DNA of 64,000 bases from Perna viridis (taxonomy: Eukaryota), in contig CM074515.1 of NCBI GenBank assembly GCA_037379345.1, positions 18,662,001 through 18,726,000 of the forward strand. The letters are read 5' to 3'. The notes beneath the pieces are model-generated. The model saw only the letters and a list, made by a program, of their open reading frames with translations. It was not told the origin of the DNA and made no database searches. This document shows, one piece after another, positions 63,001 through 64,000 of the stretch (within the stretch, counting starts at the first letter, position 1; every line of letters starts with the position of its first letter). A program made the position numbers and the translations under genes.

Positions 63001-63824
63001 TGTTTCTGATTTTTCCCATTTTGCCTGATTCTTACGAACACTTACACTTACTATCCAAATATATTTTCTATTATTACTATACAGTTATGATTAACACCAA
63101 CATACACTTCTTGTTTCACTAAAAACATCGATTTTATTTTTGTGATCCTAATAAGAGACTCGATCATATGTTACACAAGGATTTCTTGTTTTTGTACGCC
63201 TAAAAATATTATCAGCGAGGGATCTTAACAGGTGAAAGATAAGACTATCCTACATTTTCAGTACGCAGTTAAGGGCTATGTTCCACTAAATTAGATCTAA
63301 GGTCAAGTATTTCTAACTTCTTATCAGCTTATTGGTGATTATAATTGGGTAATGAAACATCGAAGTTCTTCTTAAGACTATCACATCAAAGTTTATCTTT
63401 TAAAGAATATTTCATTTAAACTGCTAAATTTAGCAATGCATGGACATCAAATCAAACGACAATTCAGGAAAAAAAAGTTACAATTTAATAATTAAACGTG
63501 CGAATTTCAATTAATTTTTTGTTTTTGAATATTTTATCGTGTTTTTCAAAGTGTTCATATAAGGTTTAGAAACTCCCTCAAATACAATGTACATATTAAA
63601 CAAATTTACACAATCAAGTTATACAGTAGCCCTTACAGAGATAAAAAAAATCAGGACATGAGATATTAGTAAAACATATTCGTGACACTTAGATAAAAGA
63701 GTGTGGTTCATATGATAGAAGACATCTAACATTATATAATAAAATACTGACCTGCTGCATTCGAAAGCGTCACCGTCTGATAGACGGCGACTGTCCAAAG
63801 AATGAGCGCTATAGCGCTCCTCAT
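1..63824 (-). CDS. Giant secreted multidomain protein (signal peptide, 2x VWA, 3x ShK, at least 29 VWC-like modules with Pro/Thr-rich linkers); multi-exon, 3'-partial
   Basis: 67 exons traced manually with AG/GT boundaries. Exon lengths and phases chain in frame with no junction stop codons. About 11,420 coding nt in the window. Domain calls come from Cys spacing and MIDAS motifs. Confidence 0.93.
156..256. mobile_element. Short TA-flanked MITE (TIR tactgtgaaagtac)
   Basis: Perfect 14-nt inverted ends; related longer copy from ~13545 and a right-end fragment at ~3900-3952. Confidence 0.75.
952..1190 (-). CDS. Exon 66: VWC module 28, C-half + linker
   Basis: CPVYNNLPSNKCFLQKVDGQCCNQPRC... 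Confidence 0.88.
1335..1960. repeat. ~60-bp minisatellite (about 10 copies) derived from the exon 65 3' end and donor
   Basis: cttacaatggatcacaat recurs at 1381, 1442, 1501, 1562, 1623, 1684, 1744, with variants at ~1805 and ~1863, then the real junction at 1920. Confidence 0.92.
1925..2069 (-). CDS. Exon 65: VWC module 28, N-half (10-aa insertion)
   Basis: CIFHQKATGTTPEKYLLFNEGETWKDGCEYNCKCMDGKTGYYYC; 145 nt. Confidence 0.88.
2869..3134 (-). CDS. Exon 64: VWC module 27, C-half + linker
   Basis: CPSLPDPLPTYCKKVVIPGQCCAKVQC...; GTAAGT donor; missed by the ORF track. Confidence 0.87.
4091..4211 (-). CDS. Exon 63: VWC module 27, N-half
   Basis: CVYKSVVYKQGQSWDDGCQYVCTCKDAQSGQYEC; 121 nt. Confidence 0.88.
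4562..4815 (-). CDS. Exon 62: VWC module 26, C-half + linker
   Basis: CRLFGSLPSQCTLVQDPNDRCCYIPRC... Confidence 0.87.
6383..6497 (-). CDS. Exon 61: VWC module 26, N-half
   Basis: CVYKNQVHMQGSTWEDGCDLKCTCEDAKMNVYQC; 115 nt. Confidence 0.9.
7745..7960. repeat. 48-bp tandem repeat (about 4 copies) spanning the exon 60 donor
   Basis: Donor-containing units at 7933, 7885, 7837, 7788. Confidence 0.9.
7934..8109 (-). CDS. Exon 60: VWC module 25, C-half + linker
   Basis: CPQYYNLPAYCHYEPDPTDACCRKPKC...; GTAAGA donor. Confidence 0.9.
9250..9364 (-). CDS. Exon 59: VWC module 25, N-half
   Basis: CVYKGRSYTQGQKWDDGCDYRCECIDAIRGRYKC; 115 nt. Confidence 0.9.
9384..9711. mobile_element. TTAA-flanked non-autonomous DNA element
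   Basis: ttaagtatcattctgtgtaagaatcaggcaatg ... cattgcctgattctta; related element at 62687-63050. Confidence 0.65.
10532..10776 (-). CDS. Exon 58: VWC module 24, C-half + linker
   Basis: CPVFNNIPNSCTLVTDRNDPCCTVPQC...; GTAAGC donor. Confidence 0.9.
10868..11042. repeat. 33-bp tandem (3-4 copies), likely MITE remnant
   Basis: aaccctgaataatccaaaaacctgtcta repeated; inverted related copy at ~36318-36388. Confidence 0.7.
11123..11237 (-). CDS. Exon 57: VWC module 24, N-half
   Basis: CVYQGVYYTQGQTWDDGCDKRCRCDDVSTGLYSC; 115 nt. Confidence 0.9.
11205..11450. repeat. ~55-bp tandem repeat copying the exon 57 acceptor and 5' end
   Basis: ataatacacaccttggtacacacagt...tagcctgaaatacatac about 4 times. 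Confidence 0.88.
12120..12343 (-). CDS. Exon 56: VWC module 23, C-half + P/T linker
   Basis: CQTYPNLPPFCTLVENPKDKCCPVPYC... Confidence 0.85.
12412..12914. mobile_element. Truncated TA-CAGT MITE followed by the 3' part of a TTAA-flanked element
   Basis: Start resembles the 48092 element; 12600-12914 matches the 51316 and 62205 elements, ending gactgctacttaa. Confidence 0.6.
13352..13463 (-). CDS. Exon 55: VWC module 23, N-half
   Basis: CLYMGRSFTQGQMWEDGCQYRCECVNEMIGQYKC; 112 nt. Confidence 0.9.
14327..14736. mobile_element. TTAA-flanked MITE (piggyBac/Kolobok-type target site)
   Basis: ttaa|gtagcagtc...aactggtac|ttaa with imperfect ~27-nt TIRs; sister copies at 36696-37087 and ~18660-18895. 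Confidence 0.7.
14800..15730. repeat. Degenerate 57-bp minisatellite (about 15 copies) derived from the exon 54 3' end and donor
   Basis: gtttactaacctggctttggtgtaggtggtggcatgatagc units; actaacc at 15079, 15250, 15421 (171-bp spacing). Confidence 0.88.
15678..15964 (-). CDS. Exon 54: VWC module 22, C-half + P/T linker
   Basis: CARYDSLPAGCTLVADPKDPQCCKVPQC...; GTGAGT donor. Confidence 0.9.
16195..16430. repeat. ~30-bp degenerate minisatellite
   Basis: gagtgtagcaacctaaatattgtgatcac-like units, about 8 copies. Confidence 0.8.
16560..16674 (-). CDS. Exon 53: VWC module 22, N-half
   Basis: CMYNGVAYRQGQQWYDGCDQVCRCENAMSGFYRC; 115 nt. Confidence 0.9.
16893..17089 (-). CDS. Exon 52: VWC module 21, C-half + P/T linker
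   Basis: CERHPQIPSFCTLVQDPKNACCQTVFC... Confidence 0.88.
17572..17686 (-). CDS. Exon 51: VWC module 21, N-half
   Basis: CVYNGQIYRQGQKWKDGCLFECECFDEQTGRYRC; 115 nt. Confidence 0.9.
18072..18229. repeat. ~158-bp near-perfect palindrome (foldback element)
   Basis: taagaattggcta...tattgtttat [agtgcgaagtgca] ataaacaata...tagccaattctta. Confidence 0.85.
19410..19609 (-). CDS. Exon 50: VWC module 20, C-half + linker
   Basis: CPTYPPLKAGCQLLTDPNDQCCQAPLC... Confidence 0.87.
19810..20290. repeat. ~40-bp minisatellite
   Basis: aaaaagctc..ccttcagtcacaacccctggtacaagct units, about 12 copies. Confidence 0.85.
20392..20506 (-). CDS. Exon 49: VWC module 20, N-half
   Basis: CIYNGIPYRQGQTFNVGCEKRCRCDDADNDIINC; 115 nt. 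Confidence 0.9.
21097..21565. mobile_element. CACAG-type MITE remnant with palindromic ttcacatgaa units, adjoining a partial CTGT-type MITE
   Basis: tacacaggcag start, repeated ttcacatgaaattcatgt; 21380-21565 resembles the 23568 and 51222 MITE body and ends acagta. Confidence 0.55.
22085..22236 (-). CDS. Exon 48: VWC module 19, C-half + linker
   Basis: CSDMTNIPPTCKLKYNPQDPCCPLPDC...; GTAAGT donor. Confidence 0.9.
22385..22745. repeat. 32-bp minisatellite (about 11 copies)
   Basis: agtgtttaacattaccattctcctccttggtt, with an alternative acagtgtc variant. Confidence 0.92.
22844..23170. mobile_element. MITE with ~27-nt TIRs (cacaggaa...gcaacatatgtttt)
   Basis: cacaggaaaaaatgcaacatatgtttt ... 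aaaacatatattgcaattattcctgtg. Confidence 0.65.
23172..23250 (-). pseudogene. Degenerate partial duplicate of exon 47 (pseudo-exon)
   Basis: WQDGC, frameshift, ..CQYGYTKRGLHK* directly after the real donor; mirrors WQDGCKYTCQCEDAKRGLHKC. Confidence 0.8.
23261..23375 (-). CDS. Exon 47: VWC module 19, N-half
   Basis: CIYNGNFYQQGQKWQDGCKYTCQCEDAKRGLHKC; 115 nt. Confidence 0.9.
23568..23778. mobile_element. TA-flanked MITE (tactgtaaac...aacagta)
   Basis: Inverted termini; uninterrupted relative of the 51222-51817 element. Confidence 0.7.
23788..23902. repeat. 23-bp tandem repeat (5 copies)
   Basis: ttcattgattattttatatttg(c/t). Confidence 0.9.
24400..24900. repeat. Degenerate ~38-bp minisatellite with a recent 26-bp triplication
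   Basis: aattgact..ttggagagtaaaaatacagac units; aattgacttgtcggagggaccaaat x3 at ~24611-24690. Confidence 0.75.
24946..25151 (-). CDS. Exon 46: VWC module 18, C-half + linker
   Basis: CPQYDTQPNCIMIPDPSDPECCKKPQC...; GTAAGA donor. Confidence 0.9.
25635..25749 (-). CDS. Exon 45: VWC module 18, N-half
   Basis: CTYKGRTYTQGQAWYDGCDMKCVCTNGMTGVYQC; 115 nt. Confidence 0.9.
26129..26346 (-). CDS. Exon 44: VWC module 17, C-half + P/T linker
   Basis: CAKFPQLPAGCIMVTDVNDPCCRVPSC... Confidence 0.87.
28157..28271 (-). CDS. Exon 43: VWC module 17, N-half
   Basis: CEYKGVRYSTGQKWRDGCDYNCVCVDGMSGVYQC; 115 nt. Confidence 0.9.
28908..29102. mobile_element. Interspersed SINE-like repeat, copy 1
   Basis: Clearly similar to 41014-41270 (gagcaactcggactccactaaaaactgggagcatggaccaggtgcacc). 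Confidence 0.7.
30052..30386 (-). CDS. Exon 42: VWC module 16, C-half + P/T linker
   Basis: CPTYPNLPVGCTSQTDPNDPCCQIPVC + PTPYTGAPTxA repeats; GTAAGT donor. Confidence 0.9.
30805..30915. repeat. ~38-bp tandem (3 copies)
   Basis: aaaccaccctctccattggagtgggggtataaaacagt. Confidence 0.85.
30965..31279. mobile_element. CACAG-type MITE with internal catatgataat palindromic repeats (partial)
   Basis: Homologous to 48680-48965; right end tggcacatttacctgtgta. Confidence 0.7.
31443..31557 (-). CDS. Exon 41: VWC module 16, N-half
   Basis: CVYYGVLYKQGQTWDQGCQKKCRCDDATNNYYTC; 115 nt. Confidence 0.9.
32524..32747 (-). CDS. Exon 40: VWC module 15, C-half + P/T linker
   Basis: CPSWPANLPGGCSLVQDPKDFCCKSVVC...; GTGAGT donor. 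Confidence 0.9.
32901..33015 (-). CDS. Exon 39: VWC module 15, N-half
   Basis: CVYKGVQYKTGQRWQDGCDYNCICEDGMTGHYTC; 115 nt. Confidence 0.9.
33354..33600 (-). CDS. Exon 38: VWC module 14 last Cys + P/T linker
   Basis: IPSCIPPNQTPGPSGSP...KPPTPMPKP; 247 nt, phase 0-1; ttttcacag acceptor. Confidence 0.88.
34662..34846 (-). CDS. Exon 37: VWC module 14, fused N-half + most of C-half
   Basis: CVYKGVPYTQGQQWYDGCDKICVCENGMTGYIRCRQRCTTYAPSQGCTMVPDPKDPQCCQ; 185 nt, phase 1-0, GTATGG donor. Confidence 0.9.
35153..35478 (-). CDS. Exon 36: VWC module 13, C-half + P/T linker
   Basis: CQDYSNLPRPSYCNLVADPRNPCCKVIQC...; GTAAGT donor. Confidence 0.9.
35893..36007 (-). CDS. Exon 35: VWC module 13, N-half
   Basis: CQYKGVKHQQGEKWDDGCSLECECLDDHTGQYRC; 115 nt. 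Confidence 0.9.
36401..36633 (-). CDS. Exon 34: VWC module 12, C-half + P/T linker
   Basis: CPQWPQLPSGCYLTTDPNDQCCKKPIC... Confidence 0.85.
36696..37087. mobile_element. TTAA-flanked MITE, sister of 14327-14736
   Basis: ttaaataccagtctttataaaaatcaga ... gactggtacttaa. Confidence 0.7.
37466..37580 (-). CDS. Exon 33: VWC module 12, N-half
   Basis: CMYNGVPFKQGQTWNDGCDLKCICEDATTGFYRC; 115 nt. Confidence 0.9.
38080..38237 (-). CDS. Exon 32: VWC module 11, C-half + linker
   Basis: CVEYTDLQPGCRLVVDYTNPCCKKPYC... Confidence 0.88.
38615..38729 (-). CDS. Exon 31: VWC module 11, N-half
   Basis: CVYKGKTYTPGQQWQDGCQYDCECLDNLGNYRC; 115 nt. Confidence 0.9.
40048..40394 (-). CDS. Exon 30: VWC module 10, C-half + P/T linker
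   Basis: CPQLPQVDSSCTMQPDPKDPLCCKVPLC...; GTGAGT donor. Confidence 0.9.
40648..40762 (-). CDS. Exon 29: VWC module 10, N-half
   Basis: CVYKGIAYTQGQQWYDGCEFSCVCEDGTTGVYRC; 115 nt. Confidence 0.9.
40860..40972. repeat. ~26-bp tandem (4 copies)
   Basis: cctttaaatcactggccctgtgact. Confidence 0.88.
41014..41270. mobile_element. SINE-like repeat copy 2 with a nested 53-bp insertion
   Basis: Colinear with 28908-29102 except for the extra 41101-41153. Confidence 0.72.
41472..41803 (-). CDS. Exon 28: VWC module 9, C-half + P/T linker
   Basis: CPVYNNLPSTCRLVKNPRKPCCQIPEC + TPYTGPPTQAPPV-type repeats. Confidence 0.87.
42257..42371 (-). CDS. Exon 27: VWC module 9, N-half
   Basis: CIYKGREYTQGQAFEDGCDYDCVCFNANEGRYRC; 115 nt. 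Confidence 0.9.
42509..42741 (-). CDS. Exon 26: VWC module 8, C-half + P/T linker
   Basis: CAPLDPNVPEGCSVMTDPRDPCCLAQFC... Confidence 0.87.
43069..43183 (-). CDS. Exon 25: VWC module 8, N-half
   Basis: CIYKGVSYLQGQVWEDGCSFKCRCDDSSRGIYTC; 115 nt. Confidence 0.9.
43815..44105. repeat. Degenerate ~53-bp minisatellite
   Basis: gagaacctgacatct...atctccatggctgtc units. Confidence 0.65.
44233..44390 (-). CDS. Exon 24: VWC module 7, C-half + linker
   Basis: CPVYVDLKPGCTMVRDFANPCCEKPQC...; GTAAGT donor. Confidence 0.9.
45039..45162 (-). CDS. Exon 23: VWC module 7, N-half
   Basis: CIYKGQAYKNGDIWEDGCDFTCQCEDEIKGTYSC; 124 nt. Confidence 0.88.
45436..45599 (-). CDS. Exon 22: VWC module 6, C-half + linker
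   Basis: CPEYPLSTGADCKLIRDPRDPTCCEMRVC... Confidence 0.85.
46177..46291 (-). CDS. Exon 21: VWC module 6, N-half
   Basis: CSYNGEFYQQGQTWYDGCSYRCTCEDAENGIYRC; 115 nt. Confidence 0.9.
47169..47311 (-). CDS. Exon 20: VWC module 5, C-half + linker
   Basis: CVHYSNLPIGCYLIQDPENPCCKVPRC...; GTGAGT donor. Confidence 0.9.
47300..47455. repeat. ~45-bp tandem copying the exon 20 acceptor
   Basis: cacacctacaggcacat..cagt units x3 upstream of the real acceptor (acacacctaaag). Confidence 0.65.
48092..48677. mobile_element. Tc1/mariner-type MITE (TA|CAGTCAAAC...GTTTGATTG|TA)
   Basis: TA flanks, CAGT-starting TIR, internal ttcgag/ctcgaa repeats, CpG retained. Confidence 0.8.
48680..48965. mobile_element. 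TA-flanked CACAG-type MITE with catatgat palindromic units
   Basis: tacacagccaaatgtttcaca ... tgtggcaaatttgcctgtgta. Confidence 0.75.
49008..49122 (-). CDS. Exon 19: VWC module 5, N-half
   Basis: CSYGGKRYNVGEKWDVGCQYNCICDDGQQGHYTC; 115 nt. Confidence 0.9.
49576..49850 (-). CDS. Exon 18: VWC module 4, C-half + linker
   Basis: CPTYQGMTPTCVLSTDPNDPCCRAPKC...; phase 2-1. Confidence 0.85.
50091..50205 (-). CDS. Exon 17: VWC module 4, N-half
   Basis: CLYNGKVYTQNQAWMDGCSKYCVCVDATKGQMSC; 115 nt. Confidence 0.9.
50380..50540 (+). mobile_element. 3' fragment of a retroposon with a (CAAT)n tail
   Basis: Ends ttaaaccccaaaaatcaatcaatcaatc, the same tail as the 41101 and 51947 inserts; left boundary uncertain. 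Confidence 0.5.
50850..51088 (-). CDS. Exon 16: VWC module 3, C-half + linker
   Basis: CPKYTNLPSGCSMVKQNGECCAHAQC...; GTGAGT donor. Confidence 0.88.
51222..51817. mobile_element. TA-flanked MITE interrupted by a nested TTAA element (51316-51719)
   Basis: Outer tactgtaaac...gtttacagta matches the 23568 copy; inner element matches 62205-62605. Confidence 0.8.
51947..52005 (+). mobile_element. 59-bp mini-retroposon with a 15-bp target-site duplication
   Basis: gatattctttccatt at 51932-51946 and 52006-52020; hairpin body plus caat tail. Confidence 0.8.
52145..52259 (-). CDS. Exon 15: VWC module 3, N-half
   Basis: CVYSGKAYKQGEVWAPSCSERCHCENARYGYYRC; 115 nt. Confidence 0.9.
53447..53476 (-). CDS. 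Exon 14: 30-nt microexon (CPSTQQAGPN)
   Basis: attttag acceptor, GTAGGT donor; its first two bases complete the sixth ShK Cys (T|GT). Confidence 0.85.
53898..54020 (-). CDS. Exon 13: ShK domain 3
   Basis: CLDLVTCSNYGSDVCTTYRDWAMKNCRNTCNF(C); 123 nt; last Cys codon split by the intron. Confidence 0.9.
54770..54909 (-). CDS. Exon 12: VWC module 2, C-half + linker
   Basis: CPSYTVLPQVCHLEQTPGQCCKQPVC...; GTAAGT donor. Confidence 0.9.
55537..55651 (-). CDS. Exon 11: VWC module 2, N-half
   Basis: CVYKGKQYYQDQSWADGCDYQCTCTNAQQGTYQC; 115 nt. Confidence 0.9.
56045..56650. repeat. 39-bp minisatellite (two blocks, ~56045-56280 and ~56560-56650) derived from the exon 10 donor
   Basis: cctgaattatcagcattacaaatgatttacctatcccaa vs real junction ttagcattaaaaataattcacctattccaa. 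Confidence 0.8.
56640..56782 (-). CDS. Exon 10: VWC module 1, C-half + linker
   Basis: CPVYYNLPSMCTLVRKQGGCCLEPVC...; phase 2-1. Confidence 0.88.
57520..57637 (-). CDS. Exon 9: VWC module 1, N-half
   Basis: CAYKGKVHSPGEKWYDGCDYECVCQDGASGKYQCYNR; phase 1-2. Confidence 0.9.
58541..58567 (-). CDS. Exon 8: 27-nt microexon (SVTAVTGGF)
   Basis: tttttag acceptor, GTAAGT donor, phase 1-1. Confidence 0.7.
58950..59075. mobile_element. ~125-bp foldback MITE
   Basis: ccttttcacaaaaaatcgtaagtgtaaaatta ... taattttactcttacgatttttttgtgaaaagg. Confidence 0.8.
59267..59395 (-). CDS. Exon 7: ShK domain 2
   Basis: CSDVLSDCASYGKAACTQYAKWAGDNCKQYCGLC; 129 nt, GTAAGT donor. Confidence 0.9.
59636..59755 (-). CDS. 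Exon 6: ShK domain 1
   Basis: CKDKINNCHEYGTKVCNDYQGWASENCKAFCGKC; 120 nt, GTGAGT donor. Confidence 0.9.
60032..60058 (-). CDS. Exon 5: 27-nt microexon (VQSSIDFQS)
   Basis: Poly-T cag acceptor, GTGAGT donor, phase 1-1. Confidence 0.7.
60274..60837 (-). CDS. Exon 4: VWA domain 2
   Basis: CLQKADVVFMVDSSSSVG...GGGTNTG...MVTDG...MACG; 564 nt, phase 1-1. Confidence 0.95.
61177..61212 (-). CDS. Exon 3: 36-nt linker microexon (EVQSKYLLPPPT)
   Basis: ttttcag acceptor, GTATGT donor, phase 1-1. Confidence 0.75.
61462..62025 (-). CDS. Exon 2: VWA domain 1
   Basis: CSTKADVTFVLDSSDSVG...VLVTDG...KICN; 564 nt, phase 1-1; tttcag acceptor, GTCAGT donor. Confidence 0.95.
62205..62605. mobile_element. TTAA-flanked non-autonomous DNA element
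   Basis: ttaa|atatcactccagctaag ... cttacaaagactgctac|ttaa; copies at 51316 and ~12600. Confidence 0.75.
62687..63050. mobile_element. TTAA-starting MITE related to 9384-9711
   Basis: gagaatcaggcaatggg ... ttgcctgattcttac inverted ends. Confidence 0.6.
63752..63824 (-). CDS. Exon 1: signal peptide MRSAIALILWTVAVYQTVTLSNAA
   Basis: ATG at 63824, hydrophobic core, small residues at the cleavage region, phase-1 donor G|GTCAGT. Not in the ORF track in this frame. Confidence 0.88.
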
Positions 63825-63843
63825 CCTTTGTATTACGAAAAAC

Positions 63844-63880
63844 GAAAATGAAGTTTCGAATGGAAACAACACTCTTATAC
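63844..63880 (-). promoter_or_regulatory. Putative core promoter: TATA-like box plus Initiator
   Basis: Minus-strand TATAAGA at 63879-63873 and TCATTT Inr with its A at 63849, 30 nt downstream. ATG 25 nt further on has A at -3 (caaaggATG). Confidence 0.55.
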
Positions 63881-64000
63881 CAAGGCGAACGTAAGCGTTT
63901 CTTGTGGTTGGTCAATCTCAATCAAGGACTTATATTGAAGAGATAAGGAGACAAGATCAGGTCAAACTATCTGACAGAAGGGACGCCTACAGTATACCAA

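Noticed and set aside
1-63824. Naming the gene as kielin/chordin, VWF, a mucin, collagen VI or PTMP1
   Set aside because: It shares single domain types only; no VWD, CHRD or Gly-X-Y region is seen, so no symbol was assigned.
63619-63921. 100-aa ORF as first exon
   Set aside because: Wrong frame; the signal-peptide frame starting at 63824 has the proper donor and phase.

Overview
AT-rich eukaryotic DNA, most likely from a mollusc or bivalve (inferred from repeat style and protein type, not proven). Almost the whole window is one minus-strand gene. I traced 67 exons by hand (66 complete, the last cut by the window edge). All have GT-AG boundaries and compatible phases, giving about 11.4 kb of CDS (about 3,800 aa), and the gene continues past position 1. 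The protein is secreted: signal peptide - VWA - VWA - ShK - ShK - 2x VWC - ShK - at least 27 more VWC-like 10-Cys modules, most followed by Pro/Thr-rich mucin-like linkers. A TATA-like box and Initiator lie just upstream of exon 1. Each VWC module is a two-exon phase 1-2-1 cassette. The array shows a hidden 4-module periodicity, and module 14 has a relocated intron. Introns carry TA- and TTAA-flanked MITE-like elements (some nested), SINE-like fragments and many minisatellites. Several minisatellites are amplified copies of the gene's own splice junctions. No rRNA, convincing tRNA, CRISPR or autonomous transposon ORF was seen. Most supplied ORFs are exon fragments or spurious.
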